Notes: generated by a model not told the origin, from the sequence alone. A stretch of DNA of 64,000 nt from Candidatus Omnitrophota bacterium (GCA_015231405.1 JADGBR010000006.1:40218-104217), one strand, 5' to 3'; counted from the stretch's first letter, positions 47,029-57,613 are shown. Translations and numbers: made by a program.

Positions 47029-48693
47029 TTGACTTCCACCTCCTCAATCCCTATCATAGTACCCACTATGAAGAACAAAAACTTGATCTCCCTCTTGATG
47101 CTCTTGTCTGTCTCTTCGTTCCTCTTCCTTTTCAAACTCGGAGCTATGCCTCTAACTGATCCGGACGAGACTTTCTATGCCGAAACAGCGAAAGAAATGC
47201 TTACCGCTAACGACTGGCTTACGCCTAAGATATTCGGGGAACCACAATTCGAAAAGCCGGTTTTCTATTACTGGACAATAATGGCGAGTTACAAATTTTT
47301 CGGCGTGAACGAGTTCTCGGCCAGGTTGCCTTCGGCCCTTTTCGGCATCCTCGGTATAATAGGTATTTACACTCTGGGTGTCATGCTCTCTACCCCACTC
47401 GGAGGATTATTGTCCGGACTAATAGCGTGCACGTCCATCTACTATCTTGGACTGGCAAGGGGATGCGTGACGGATATGGTCCTGACCGTATTCATCCTGT
47501 TCTCGCTCGTTTTTTTCCTTAAAGGGTGGTCCGAAAAAAAGAGATATTATTTCCTTTTATCTTCCGCGTCGATGGCTCTGGCTGTCCTGACAAAAGGACC
47601 AATCGGCCTTTTCCTCCCGGGATTGATACTGATCCTGTTCATCACCCTGGAAAATAAATGGAAAGACATCGGCAGGATCCCTTTCCTATCAGGAACGGCT
47701 GTTTTTGTGGTCATATGCCTACCCTGGTACCTGACCATGATAGATCTGCACGGCAAGGTATTTATCGGTGAATTTTTCGGGTTCCATAACGTCACGCGGT
47801 TCTTGAAGCCGGAGCATAAGATAGGTTCGTCCCCGTTCTTTTATTTTCCGATAGTGTTGGGAGGGATACTTCCCTGGACGCCGTTCCTTTTAGCCGGGAT
47901 ATGGCGTTCGTTCTTCGGGAAGGAACCTATCATTGAAAGATCCGGCCGCACTCTGTTCACGATATGGTTTTTGACCGTGTTCCTTTTTTTCTCATTTTCC
48001 AGCACAAAACTCCTGACTTACATTTCCCCTCTTTTTCCCGTATTGGCGGTAATTACGGGAATATTCTGGGAAAAATTTATTACAGGGAAGACCGGGGGGT
48101 CGGAAGAAAAGGCATTTATCATCCCGGGCTTAGTCCTTCTTGTTATCGCCTCGATACCCGGGTTCTTAGTGGGACGCCATATTGTCCTGGCTAAATGCCC
48201 GGAAGCGCTGGCGTCTGTAACTCTCGGCTCGGCGATCCTTTTTTCGGGGATACTCCTGGCGCTCTTATTTTCAATATTCGGAAAAAGGCGGCTTTCTTTC
48301 ATTTCCTTGTTCCTTGGCGTATTGGTCTTATCCCTGCCGGCCTTTACCTACATCATGCCGATCATCGGAGCGTCGGAATCCAGCGCGGCACTGGCCGGAA
48401 CAGCCCTTAGATTATCCGGTCCAGGCGAACCCATAGGGGGAGAATCCGACAGAAGAAGAGGGATAGCTTTTTATACCGGCAGGGTGGATGTCCCGGATAT
48501 CCATACATACGGCGGACTTATCGCCTTTTTCCCCAGGAAAGAAAGGGTCTGGGGGATCGTACAGAAAAAACACTACGAACAACTCGCGGGTTACATGAAA
48601 GGCCAATATTTCGAGGTGATCAGTTCTTCCGGGAAATACGTCCTTGTCACGAACAAGCCTCTCCTCACTTCTCCCGAAGAGACCTCAAAGTGA
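47029..48693 (+). CDS. Glycosyltransferase family 39 (ArnT / PMT_2-like) membrane protein; undecaprenyl- or dolichyl-phosphate sugar transferase-like
   Basis: Has the DPDETFY (DE-motif) loop after TM1 and multiple TM helices. The likely start is the internal MKNKNLISLL at about 47068. Confidence 0.7.
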   Translation: MTSTSSIPIIVPTMKNKNLISLLMLLSVSSFLFLFKLGAMPLTDPDETFYAETAKEMLTANDWLTPKIFGEPQFEKPVFYYWTIMASYKFFGVNEFSARLPSALFGILGIIGIYTLGVMLSTPLGGLLSGLIACTSIYYLGLARGCVTDMVLTVFILFSLVFFLKGWSEKKRYYFLLSSASMALAVLTKGPIGLFLPGLILILFITLENKWKDIGRIPFLSGTAVFVVICLPWYLTMIDLHGKVFIGEFFGFHNVTRFLKPEHKIGSSPFFYFPIVLGGILPWTPFLLAGIWRSFFGKEPIIERSGRTLFTIWFLTVFLFFSFSSTKLLTYISPLFPVLAVITGIFWEKFITGKTGGSEEKAFIIPGLVLLVIASIPGFLVGRHIVLAKCPEALASVTLGSAILFSGILLALLFSIFGKRRLSFISLFLGVLVLSLPAFTYIMPIIGASESSAALAGTALRLSGPGEPIGGESDRRRGIAFYTGRVDVPDIHTYGGLIAFFPRKERVWGIVQKKHYEQLAGYMKGQYFEVISSSGKYVLVTNKPLLTSPEETSK

Positions 48694-50211
48694 TCAATTC
48701 CCCGGCGATTGAGCCTGCTGAACCTGGTTCCTGCCGCCGTCCTTAGCCCGGTATAAAGCCTGATCGGCGAATTTTATCAGTTCGTCCTTGTCGGTACTGT
48801 CAAAAGGATATGTGGACACGCCAAGGCTCACGGTGACCTTAAGCGTCCCTTTCTGGCTGGGATAATCGTGAGCCTCTACGGCTTTACGGAGCTTTTCCGC
48901 CATTTTGAAGGCCTCATCCTTTCCGGTTTCCGGCATCACAATGGCGAATTCCTCTCCGCCGTATCTTGCCGCAATATCGACGTCCCTCACGTTCGTCCTG
49001 AAAAGTTTTGCCGTCTCCATAAGAACAAGGTCACCCATCTGATGTCCGTAAGTATCGTTGAATTTTTTGAAATGGTCTATATCCGACATTATAAGAGATA
49101 CGGGATGATTGAACTTGGCTGAACGTATCAGTTCTTCCTGAAGCCGCTGCTGGAAATACCTGTGTATCCTGAGCTGGGTCAGCCCGTCGGTAATGGCCAG
49201 ATGATAGAGTTTAGCGTTGTGTATGGTTACCGCGGAATGTCCGGCCAGCGTCGAAAGGATATCGGCGTCTTCCCTTGTGAATTTTCCTCCTTTCTGCTTA
49301 TTTGTAAGGTTAATTACGCCTATGACCTCGTCATTGACCAGGAGCGGCATACAGAGAATGGATTCCACGAACGATTTTCCCGATTGTTTGAACCTCGCGT
49401 CGTTCTCAACGTCATCTACCAGTATGTACTGCTTCTGTATAGCGACCTGCCCCGCTATGCCTTCGCCTATCTTGATCCTGGTGCATTCCATCTGCCCGGA
49501 ATTGATCTTTTCCTCGATATCCATAGGAACGCCCCTGACAACTTTGACCGCAAGTTCTCGGGTCTTCTCATCGATCAGCATCAGCGAAGCCTTTTGCGCC
49601 TGTAGAGCGTCGCGCGATCTGTCCAGGATGAAAAGAAGGACCCGGTTAAGGTCGTTAGCGAAATTCAGGGCTTTACTGACGCTGTACAGGATCTGCAGGT
49701 TCTCGACTTTTTTAGCGAGTTCCGTTTCGGCCTTTTTTCGCTCCTCGACCTCGGCTTCAAGGGTTTTTCTGGCCGCCTCTATCTCCTGGGTCCGCTCCTC
49801 CACATATTCATGAAGGCGCTTGGTCAGGTCTCTCATCGATACTATCCCGGTTATTTTCCCGTTCTTTGTGACCGGTATGTGCCGCACCCTTTTTTCCCTC
49901 ATTATTTTTATGACTTCGAGGTAAGAGGTGTCGTCCGGTACCGTTATAAGATCTTTGCTCATGAAATTGCTCACCAAGAGCGATTCCATATCGATCTTCC
50001 CGGCAGGGATCAGCTTGTGCAAAAGGTCTCTTTCCGTAAAAATGCCTTTAATGTCGCCGCGATCCTCGACAAGAACAGCGCCTATGTTCTTTTCACGCAT
50101 AAGTTTGATGGCGTTCAAGAGCGTGATGTTAATATCAACCTGGACGATACCCGTCGTCATATAAGATACCATGTTATCCATATCAGGTCCTTTTTTATGC
50201 TTTTGCGACAA
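48694..50211 (-). CDS. Diguanylate cyclase with CBS-pair, GAF and GGDEF domains
   Basis: GGEEF motif (RYGGEEFAIVMPET). N-terminal CBS pair. Central GAF domain. A coiled-coil linker. Confidence 0.85.
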   Translation of the reverse strand: MSQKHKKGPDMDNMVSYMTTGIVQVDINITLLNAIKLMREKNIGAVLVEDRGDIKGIFTERDLLHKLIPAGKIDMESLLVSNFMSKDLITVPDDTSYLEVIKIMREKRVRHIPVTKNGKITGIVSMRDLTKRLHEYVEERTQEIEAARKTLEAEVEERKKAETELAKKVENLQILYSVSKALNFANDLNRVLLFILDRSRDALQAQKASLMLIDEKTRELAVKVVRGVPMDIEEKINSGQMECTRIKIGEGIAGQVAIQKQYILVDDVENDARFKQSGKSFVESILCMPLLVNDEVIGVINLTNKQKGGKFTREDADILSTLAGHSAVTIHNAKLYHLAITDGLTQLRIHRYFQQRLQEELIRSAKFNHPVSLIMSDIDHFKKFNDTYGHQMGDLVLMETAKLFRTNVRDVDIAARYGGEEFAIVMPETGKDEAFKMAEKLRKAVEAHDYPSQKGTLKVTVSLGVSTYPFDSTDKDELIKFADQALYRAKDGGRNQVQQAQSPGN

Positions 50212-50249
50212 TAGATCCGGCGCATTAAATTATATTCCGAACCGGAATG

Positions 50250-51101
50250 TTAATCAAAGATCACGGTCTTATTGTCATACACCAGTATTTTCCTTTCCAG
50301 ATGCCACCGTACAGCCCGGGCAAGGACCATCTTCTCAAGATCCTCACCGCTCCTTATGAGGTCCTTTACGGCATCCCGGTGGCTTATCCTGGCGGTATCC
50401 TGCTCTATTATCGGACCTTCGTCCAGCTTTTCTGTTACATAATGACTGGTCGCTCCGATTATTTTTACACCTTTTTTGAAAGCCCGCGAGTAGGGATCGC
50501 TCCCGGCGAAGGCCGGCAGGAAAGAATGATGTATGTTTATTATCTTCATCCTGTATCGGTCCACGAAACCCCGTGTAAGGATCTGGTGATACCTCGCGAG
50601 TATTATGAGATCGATCCTCTCATTCTCCAGGATATTGAGCTGTTTTTTTTCCTGCGCCGGCTTGTTCTTCGCGGTTATGGGAAACTCGTAATATTTCGCA
50701 CCGAACTCCCGGGCGATGTGTTCCGCGTATGGGTGATTACTCACCACGACCGGCATCTCACACCTGAACTGGCCTGACTTCAACCTCAGAAAAAGATCGT
50801 AAAGGCAATGTGTCTGCTTCGATACGAACACCGCGACCCTCGGCACCTGGTCGCTGAAATATAGCTCCCATTTCATTTCGAAATTCCCGGCTATCGCCGA
50901 GAATTTCTTCCCGATCATTTCTCTTTTTATAGTGAACCCTTTCATATCCCATACTATCCTCATGAAAAAGGCCTTGGCCTCGTCATCGGTATGCTGGTCC
51001 GAGTGAAGGATATTTCCGTTGTTGTTGTACACAAAATTCGTCACCGTAGCCGTGATCCCTTTCTTGTCGGGGCACGATATCAATATCGTTGCATTGAGCA
51101 T
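50250..51101 (-). CDS. purU: Formyltetrahydrofolate deformylase
   Basis: N-terminal ACT domain (ILISCPDKKGI) followed by a formyl-transferase domain. The likely start is MLNATIL at 51101. Confidence 0.85.
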   Translation of the reverse strand: MLNATILISCPDKKGITATVTNFVYNNNGNILHSDQHTDDEAKAFFMRIVWDMKGFTIKREMIGKKFSAIAGNFEMKWELYFSDQVPRVAVFVSKQTHCLYDLFLRLKSGQFRCEMPVVVSNHPYAEHIAREFGAKYYEFPITAKNKPAQEKKQLNILENERIDLIILARYHQILTRGFVDRYRMKIINIHHSFLPAFAGSDPYSRAFKKGVKIIGATSHYVTEKLDEGPIIEQDTARISHRDAVKDLIRSGEDLEKMVLARAVRWHLERKILVYDNKTVIFD

Positions 51102-51329
51102 AAATTTCCTTTGGATCTTTCGGAAACGGACCATAATGTCCCAGGTTCTCAAATAATTATACTTATGATGCCCGGGATTGGCAAATCGTTACCCGCAAAA
51201 TCCGACGTTCTATCACCCCTTACGGCCACCAACAAGATAAATTTATCCGCGCCGGGGTTGACATTCCCGAAATAGACATTAAAATTATTTTTACGGACGT
51301 TTCGTTGGTCCGGTAAATAAGTTACCGGG

Positions 51330-52034
51330 ATGATTATCATGGGTTTTTCGCTGAGAACAGGGTTTGTTTTTACTATGGCTTTCGCCCTCCTGGCCTTCCC
51401 GGCGGACTTCGCTAAAGCCCAAAAACTTCCTAAGCTGTTCCCTTTTAACAAGAAAGACGCGCTCAATGAATGGGAAGAAAAGGTTTTCAAGAACAAGGTC
51501 TTGTACACCGTCAAACCGGCTGTTCCCGACGGACAGCTCTCGGCGGAGAGCAACTCCGCCTGTTCGGGGCTTATTTACCGGGTTAAGTTCAATGTCAACA
51601 AAACGCCCATGATCAGTTGGGAGTGGAAAGTCACAAAATTTCCCGACAAATTGAAGACCCAAAACGAGGGCGGATGGATAGAGAAGGACGATTACGCCGC
51701 AAGGGTCTATATCATATTCCCGAGCATGATATTTACCGAAACCCAAACGCTGGAGTATATCTGGTCGGAAACGGACCCGGAAGGAACGATCATGACCAGC
51801 CCCTATTTCAAGAACATTAAGCTTATCGTGATCGAGTCCGGGAGGGAGAACATGGATAAATGGGTCTTTGAGGAACGTAATATCCTCGAGGATTTCACAA
51901 AAGCTTTCGGCAAATCTCCGTCCCGTAACGTCGGTGCCATATCGCTCATGACGGATACCGACAACACAATGTCAACCGCCGAAGCGTTCTACAAAGACAT
52001 AAAGGTAGGTTATAGCTATGAAGAACCAAAATAA
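51330..52034 (+). CDS. DUF3047-family secreted protein
   Basis: Signal peptide. Conserved W-rich core (…MISWEWKV…YIWSE…). Confidence 0.55.
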   Translation: MIIMGFSLRTGFVFTMAFALLAFPADFAKAQKLPKLFPFNKKDALNEWEEKVFKNKVLYTVKPAVPDGQLSAESNSACSGLIYRVKFNVNKTPMISWEWKVTKFPDKLKTQNEGGWIEKDDYAARVYIIFPSMIFTETQTLEYIWSETDPEGTIMTSPYFKNIKLIVIESGRENMDKWVFEERNILEDFTKAFGKSPSRNVGAISLMTDTDNTMSTAEAFYKDIKVGYSYEEPK

Positions 52035-52443
52035 AAGGAAAAATGTTTTCGCCAATAAAATGCACCAGGACATACTACTCCTGGTCCTTGTGTCATCCTT
52101 GGCTCCTACGGTCCTCGTGACCATATCGCTTTATTTCCTGATATTCGGGATAACCGCGAACCAGATAGGGATACCCGAATCCATAGCCTACAACGTTCTC
52201 CCTGCCGCTCAAAAGGTCGTCGTGGTCCTGGCCATCGCCATGCCCATACTCATACTTACCATTCTATTCTTCGCCCACAAAATATCGCACATGATAGTTG
52301 GTCCCTTTGACCGTATAGTCAGGGAGCTCGGAGAATGCGTCACGGGAACCAAAAAGACGCATATTTATCTTCGGGATAACGACAAGTTCTGGCCGATGGT
52401 CAGCGCGATAAATAAGCTGCTGGATAAGGCGAATTCGAAGTAG
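52018..52443 (+). CDS. Hypothetical membrane protein (2-3 TM helices)
   Basis: 141 aa. Overlaps the upstream gene by 17 bp. Confidence 0.4.
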   Translation: MKNQNKRKNVFANKMHQDILLLVLVSSLAPTVLVTISLYFLIFGITANQIGIPESIAYNVLPAAQKVVVVLAIAMPILILTILFFAHKISHMIVGPFDRIVRELGECVTGTKKTHIYLRDNDKFWPMVSAINKLLDKANSK

Positions 52444-52473
52444 GTCCTAGTAGATTGTCTAAATGAGGGTGCT

Positions 52474-52560
52474 GTCCGCCTTCGCCAAACTATTTTGATA
52501 TTATTCGGCTACGGCGGACAAAATTCGCCTTTTCTGGATTGTTATTGGTAGGCGAATTTT
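52474..52560. repeat. Two adjacent hairpins 3' of tRNA-Leu: a CCGCCTTCGCCAAACTATTTT-family hairpin (gtccgccttcgcc…ggctacggcggac) and aaaattcgcc…ggcgaatttt
   Basis: Read directly. They probably serve as the tRNA terminator. The first is a copy of the 32046 element's arm. Confidence 0.6.
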
Positions 52561-52645
52561 GGTGCGCGAGGCGAGATTTGAACTCGCACAGGATTGCTCC
52601 CGCTAGCCCCTCAAGCTAGTGCGTCTGCCATTCCGCCACTCGCGC
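52560..52645 (-). tRNA. tRNA-Leu (anticodon GAG), type II with a long variable arm, CCA encoded
   Basis: The reverse complement reads GCGCGAGTGGCGGAATGGCAGACGCACTAGCTTGAGGGGCTAGCGGGAGCAATCCTGTGCGAGTTCAAATCTCGCCTCGCGCACCA. The anticodon loop is TTGAGGG. Confidence 0.85.
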
Positions 52646-52650
52646 ATAAC

Positions 52651-52718
52651 AGCTATCAGCTTTCAGCTTTAACGGATGTCTAACCACCTATAGCAGAAGG
52701 CTGATGGCTGAAAGCTAG
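52651..52718. repeat. AGCTTTCAGC-family palindrome between rpsI and tRNA-Leu
   Basis: The pair agctatcagctttcagcttt … ggctgatggctgaaagctag. Confidence 0.6.
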
Positions 52719-52720
52719 TA

Positions 52721-53119
52721 TTACCGTTTCGAGAACTGGAAGTTTTTCCTCGCGCGTTTCTGGCCGTATTTCTTTCTTTCCTTGGCGCGCGGGTCGCGTG
52801 TCAGAAGACCGTCTTTTTTTAAGGTGATCCTCTGTTCGGGATCAACTTTCAAGATAGCCCTGGATATGGAATGCCTCAAAGCACCGGCCTGCCCGCTCAA
52901 ACCGCCTCCGGTGATAGTGGCAAAAACGTCATATTTACCTAACATCCCGGTTATCTCAAGGGGACGTATCACTACGATCCTATGGGTTTCGCGGGGGAAA
53001 TAATCCTCGAAAGTCCTTTTGTTGATCCTTATTGTCCCTTTTCCCTCGGCAAGTCTAACCCTTGCTATCGACATTTTCCTTCTACCGACCGCTGCAAAAA
53101 ATTTTTTTCCTTCGGACAT
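52721..53119 (-). CDS. rpsI: 30S ribosomal protein S9
   Basis: C-terminal …[16 protein letters not shown]. Confidence 0.95.
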   Translation of the reverse strand: MSEGKKFFAAVGRRKMSIARVRLAEGKGTIRINKRTFEDYFPRETHRIVVIRPLEITGMLGKYDVFATITGGGLSGQAGALRHSISRAILKVDPEQRITLKKDGLLTRDPRAKERKKYGQKRARKNFQFSKR

Positions 53120-53138
53120 TAAACACCCCTCGTTCTTT

Positions 53139-53582
53139 TTATATTTCGACCTTCACGGGCTTTTGCGCTAAATGCGGCTGTTCAGTCCCGCAATACAGTT
53201 TTAACCTCTTGAGCATAAGGGCGCCGAGCCTGGTTTTAGGGAGCATTCCCTTCACGGCATGCCTCAGAATGTATTTGGGTTTACGGATCGACATATCCTG
53301 AAAGGTAGTTCTTTTTAGCCCCCCGGGATATCCGGAATAGCTGGTGTATATTTTTTCTTTGACCTTGTTCCCGGTTACCCTGATTTTGTCGCAATTGGTC
53401 ACGATCACTCCGGCCCCGTTATCCACATGCGGCGTAAAATCGACCCTATTCTTTCCTGAAAGCAGGAACGCCACCTTTGTGGCCAATCTTCCAAGGATCT
53501 TTTCGTCGGCGTCAACGATATACCAGGCATGGCTGGTCTCGGACCTCTTTATCATTTTAGTTTTATTACTCATAAAAACCAC
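53139..53582 (-). CDS. rplM: 50S ribosomal protein L13
   Basis: The …[18 protein letters not shown]… motif. The start may be an internal M (MIKR). Confidence 0.95.
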   Translation of the reverse strand: MVFMSNKTKMIKRSETSHAWYIVDADEKILGRLATKVAFLLSGKNRVDFTPHVDNGAGVIVTNCDKIRVTGNKVKEKIYTSYSGYPGGLKRTTFQDMSIRKPKYILRHAVKGMLPKTRLGALMLKRLKLYCGTEQPHLAQKPVKVEI

Positions 53583-53787
53583 CTTTTAAAATAGTTAAAC
53601 TTGAAGTGTAAAAATAACATATTTGACGGGTATTTGTCAAGGGGAAAGAAGGAAAACATTCGTCTGCTTGAGGGGGTCCAGCATATATCATATCGCATAG
53701 TCACAGCGCTTGGCATATATGTTTCATTTCATTTGATACAAAGTACACGCCTTCAGCCACGCACTTTAGCCATGCTTTCATCGATCA

Positions 53788-53964
53788 TTTCTTTCCGGTA
53801 ACTTGTTTATAAAGAGCCGAGATCTGATCTTTGTAAAAAGTATTGTAAATATAATTCACTTCGTGCTTATAGGTCTTGTTCTTTATCTTGTCCAGCTCTT
53901 TCTTCTTTTCTCTTCTTATGTCGTTAACGCTCTTCGTCCTTTCCTTCATCAACCTGGGCATCTG
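53788..53964 (-). CDS. Small hypothetical protein (58 aa)
   Basis: Hand-translated MPRLMKERTKSVNDIRREKKKELDKIKNKTYKHEVNYIYNTFYKDQISALYKQVTGKK. A GGGAGGG SD lies 7 nt upstream. It may instead be only a leader for rplM-rpsI. Confidence 0.3.
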
Positions 53965-54106
53965 ATCCCTCCCTGCTTAAGAATACAAATATTCTTTTAT
54001 TCCCGGAACAAAGCACCAAACATTATTGTAGCAAGTATATAACAAGTATAAATACTTGTCAAAATAAAAAAATTTTTACTTACGTTAGATAGAAGGAAAA
54101 ATTTTT

Positions 54107-54847
54107 TTATCTGTAGGAGACTTCCATTAAAAAAAGACCCTCTGGGGGTGCCGTGGGTCCGGCTTTGGCGCGGTCCTCCGCAAGGATTATCTTTTTCATC
54201 CTGTCGGCGGGAATATACCCTCTTGCAACATCAACGAGAGTGCCTACTATGTTCCTTACCATATTGTAAAGGAACCCGTCGGCAGTTATATCGATCGAGA
54301 TCACGGAGCTTTTCTTTTTAATCGATATCCCGTATACGGTCCTCACCGAAGACCTGTCCTTCTTGTCTTTCGCCTGAAATGACCTGAAATCATGCTTTCC
54401 GGCTAATGCTTTAGCTCCGGCTTTCATTGCCTCAAGGTCAAGCCGGTATGGGACCGTCCATGCGTATCTCGAGATGAAAGGATCACGTGAACGGGAAGCA
54501 TGGATAAAATACCTGTAAGTCTTCTGCTTGGCGTCGTACTGTGCGTGAAATCCAGCCTTAGCGTACTCGGCCTTGATCACGGATATGTCCGGCGGGAGAA
54601 CGGAGTTTAGAGCATATACAACTTTTTTTGCGGGGATAGCGAGATCAGTGTTGAAATGGGCGACCTGTTTCTTGGCGTGCACCCCGGCGTCGGTCCGTCC
54701 TGCCCCATATATGGTGACCCTTTTCTTAAAGACCTTCTCGACCGACTTCTCTATCTCTTCCTGGATGGACGGCCCGTTCTTCTGTCTCTGCCAGCCGTTG
54801 TAGTTCGTGCCGTCGTAGGCGATGGTTAATTTAATTATGTGAGACAT
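54107..54847 (-). CDS. truA: tRNA pseudouridine(38-40) synthase
   Basis: Catalytic motif GAGRTDAGVHA; 246 aa. Confidence 0.9.
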   Translation of the reverse strand: MSHIIKLTIAYDGTNYNGWQRQKNGPSIQEEIEKSVEKVFKKRVTIYGAGRTDAGVHAKKQVAHFNTDLAIPAKKVVYALNSVLPPDISVIKAEYAKAGFHAQYDAKQKTYRYFIHASRSRDPFISRYAWTVPYRLDLEAMKAGAKALAGKHDFRSFQAKDKKDRSSVRTVYGISIKKKSSVISIDITADGFLYNMVRNIVGTLVDVARGYIPADRMKKIILAEDRAKAGPTAPPEGLFLMEVSYR

Positions 54848-54851
54848 GTTT

Positions 54852-54943
54852 GCTTTCAGCTATAAGCTTTCAGCTTTATTTGTAGGGCTAGTGATCTTTA
54901 CATTAAAAAGCTGAAAGCTGAAGACTGACAGCTGAAAGCTAAA
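54852..54943. repeat. AGCTTTCAGC-family long palindrome between asd and truA
   Basis: The pair gctttcagctataagctttcagcttt … aaagctgaaagctgaagactgacagctgaaagc. Confidence 0.65.
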
Positions 54944-54972
54944 TTCAGCCCGCGTAGTTCACGTCTATTCCT

Positions 54973-56019
54973 TCACCTGATCAGCAATTCCGCGATCTGG
55001 ACCGCGTTGAGAGCGGCGCCTTTCCTGAGATTATCGGCGACAACCCACATATTCAGGCCGTTAGCTATGGAATCGTCTTCCCGTATCCGCCCGACGAAAA
55101 CGTTGTCCTTCCCCTCAACCATGAGCGGCATGGGATACTCTTTCTTGAGGGGATCGTCCATGACCGTTATCCCGGGGAAAGCCCGAAGTATCTCGATGGC
55201 TTCTTCCCGGGTGATCTTTTTCTCCATCTCGATATTGACGCATTCCGAATGTGCAAAATATACAGGCACTCTTACGCATGTGGCCGTAAGCCTGAGATCG
55301 GGGATACCCATGATCTTCCGGGTTTCGTAGACCATCTTCATTTCCTCTTTGGTGTAGTTATTCTCGAGGAAGACGTCTATCTGGGGTATAAGATTAAAAG
55401 CCATCTGATAGGCGAATTTACTGACCATATCCGGCTTGACGTTATGGCTGCCGATACGCGAACTCCACTCTGTTTTTGAAAGTTCCCCGGCCTGAGTTTC
55501 CAATTCGAGAATATTCTGCTGGCCGGCTCCGGATACGGACTGGAAAGTCGACACTACGATCCTCTTCAAACGCGAATGCCTGTTCAATGCCATTAGCGGC
55601 AGTACCATCTGGATCGTCGAGCAGTTAGGATTCGCTATTATTCCCTGATGGGCCTTAGCCGCTTCGGGATTCACTTCCGGGACGACAAGGGGGACGGTGG
55701 GCTCCATGCGGAAGGCACTGGAATTATCCACGCATACCGCGCCTGATCTGACCGCGTGGGGAAGGAATTCAATGCTCCTTGACGCCCCGGCCGATGCGAG
55801 AACTATGTCTATGCCCTTAAAAGAATCCTTATCAAGGACCGTTACCGGGTATTGCCTTCCCCTAAAGTTAAGTTTTTTACCGGCTGACCGGTCGCTCGCG
55901 AGCAGCCTTATCTCGTTTATAGGAAAATCCCGCTCTTCCAGGATCGAAAGAAATACCGAACCCACGGCACCGGTAGCGCCCATTACAGCCACATTATATC
56001 TTTCTTTTTTCTTAAGCAT
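54973..56019 (-). CDS. asd: Aspartate-semialdehyde dehydrogenase
   Basis: N-terminal NAD(P)-binding VAVMGATGAVG. Start at the internal M (MLKKKERYNV) at 56019. Confidence 0.9.
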   Translation of the reverse strand: MLKKKERYNVAVMGATGAVGSVFLSILEERDFPINEIRLLASDRSAGKKLNFRGRQYPVTVLDKDSFKGIDIVLASAGASRSIEFLPHAVRSGAVCVDNSSAFRMEPTVPLVVPEVNPEAAKAHQGIIANPNCSTIQMVLPLMALNRHSRLKRIVVSTFQSVSGAGQQNILELETQAGELSKTEWSSRIGSHNVKPDMVSKFAYQMAFNLIPQIDVFLENNYTKEEMKMVYETRKIMGIPDLRLTATCVRVPVYFAHSECVNIEMEKKITREEAIEILRAFPGITVMDDPLKKEYPMPLMVEGKDNVFVGRIREDDSIANGLNMWVVADNLRKGAALNAVQIAELLIR

Positions 56020-56050
56020 CTTATTCCCTTCCCTTATCTTTTCCCGGAAT

Positions 56051-57100
56051 CTATAACGCCTTAACGACAAGGTCGCCTACTTCCGTCGTAGAATAACCCA
56101 TTTTGCCCGCGGACAGGCTTTTCAGCTTGTTAGCTGTCACGTCCATCACGGCTTTCTCGATAGCCTCGTTGATCTTGGTCTCTCCAAGTTCCGCCATCAT
56201 CATCCCTCCGGCGCAAATGGCCGCGAGCGGGTTTATGACGTTCTTCCCTGTATATTTAGGAGCCGAACCGCCTATGGGCTCGAACATTGAAACTCCCTCC
56301 GGATTGATATTTCCTCCGGCTGCTATACCCATACCGCCCTGTATCATAGCCCCGAGATCCGTAATTATGTCGCCGAACATGTTATCGGTGACTATGACAT
56401 CGAACCATTCCGGGTTCTTTATCATCCACATGCAGGTCGCGTCGACATGGGCGTAATCGGTCTTCACTTCGGGGTAACTTTTAGCCATCGCGTAGAACGC
56501 CCTTTCCCACAAGTCGAAAGCGTAGGTAAGGACATTTGTCTTCCCGACAAGGGTCAGCTTTTTCTCCCTTCCCTTCGTCTTCGCGTACTCAAACGCGTAC
56601 TTAAGGCATTTGTCTATGCCCCTCCTGCTGTTCCTCGATACCTGGACCGCCACTTCCGTCGGTTTATCCTTGTCGATGAATTCGCCTTCACCCACATAAA
56701 GCCCCTCGTTGTTCTCGCGAACGACGACAAAATTTATCTCCGCTGGACCCTTGTCCTTAATAGGGGTCCATACTCCCGGAAATAGTTTTACGGGACGCAG
56801 ATTTATGTACTGCTGGAGGGAGAACCTCAGCTTCAACAAGAGACCCTTTTCCAATATACCGGGTTTCACGTCCGGGTGGCCTACGGCGCCGAGATATATC
56901 GCGTCCATACCCTTGAGCTCCGCGAGTACGCTGTCCGGAAGGATCTCCCCCGTCCTTTTGTAGCGTTCCCCGCCCAGGTCATAGTGTATCTTCTTGTATT
57001 TCACCCCGAACTTCGCACAAGCGGCGTCAAGGACCTTCAACCCCTCCCGTATTACCTCCGGCCCCGTACCGTCCCCCGGCATGACTGCTATATTGTACAT
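56051..57100 (-). CDS. leuB: 3-isopropylmalate dehydrogenase
   Basis: N-terminus MYNIAVMPGDGTGPEV… and …NMFGDIITDLGAMIQGGMG…. Confidence 0.95.
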   Translation of the reverse strand: MYNIAVMPGDGTGPEVIREGLKVLDAACAKFGVKYKKIHYDLGGERYKRTGEILPDSVLAELKGMDAIYLGAVGHPDVKPGILEKGLLLKLRFSLQQYINLRPVKLFPGVWTPIKDKGPAEINFVVVRENNEGLYVGEGEFIDKDKPTEVAVQVSRNSRRGIDKCLKYAFEYAKTKGREKKLTLVGKTNVLTYAFDLWERAFYAMAKSYPEVKTDYAHVDATCMWMIKNPEWFDVIVTDNMFGDIITDLGAMIQGGMGIAAGGNINPEGVSMFEPIGGSAPKYTGKNVINPLAAICAGGMMMAELGETKINEAIEKAVMDVTANKLKSLSAGKMGYSTTEVGDLVVKAL

Positions 57101-57108
57101 TGCTCCTC

Positions 57109-57597
57109 CTAATTCTTTTTTGCGGCGTATTCCATAAGGCCGCCGGATTTGATGATCTTTTTAATGAACTCCGGAAAGATATCCGATCTGTATGTTGCCG
57201 TCTGCCCGGACTTTGATATTTCACCTTTCGCCGCGTCAACCTCGACTTTGTCGCCGGTCTTAAGGTGATCGACCGCCTCGGGAGCGGTCAATATGGCCAG
57301 GCCTATATTTATCGCGTTCCTATAAAATATGCGCGCGAAGCTTTTAGCTATCACGCATGATATCCCGGCGGCTTTGATCGCTATCGGAGCGTGCTCCCTT
57401 GAAGAACCGCATCCGAAATTCTCGCCCGCCACGATAATGTCCCCTTCCTTCTTTTTTTTCACGAACTCGGGATCCGCGTCTTCCATGCAGTGTTCCGCAA
57501 GGCTCGCCGGATCGGACGTATTCATATACCTCGCCGGGATTATCTCGTCGGTATTTACATCGTCACCGAACCTGAATACATTCCCCTTAAATATCAT
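57109..57597 (-). CDS. leuD: 3-isopropylmalate dehydratase small subunit
   Basis: 162 aa, LeuD/aconitase swivel domain (…[13 protein letters not shown]…). Confidence 0.9.
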   Translation of the reverse strand: MIFKGNVFRFGDDVNTDEIIPARYMNTSDPASLAEHCMEDADPEFVKKKKEGDIIVAGENFGCGSSREHAPIAIKAAGISCVIAKSFARIFYRNAINIGLAILTAPEAVDHLKTGDKVEVDAAKGEISKSGQTATYRSDIFPEFIKKIIKSGGLMEYAAKKN

Positions 57598-57613
57598 GTC
57601 ATCTCCTTTTTAC

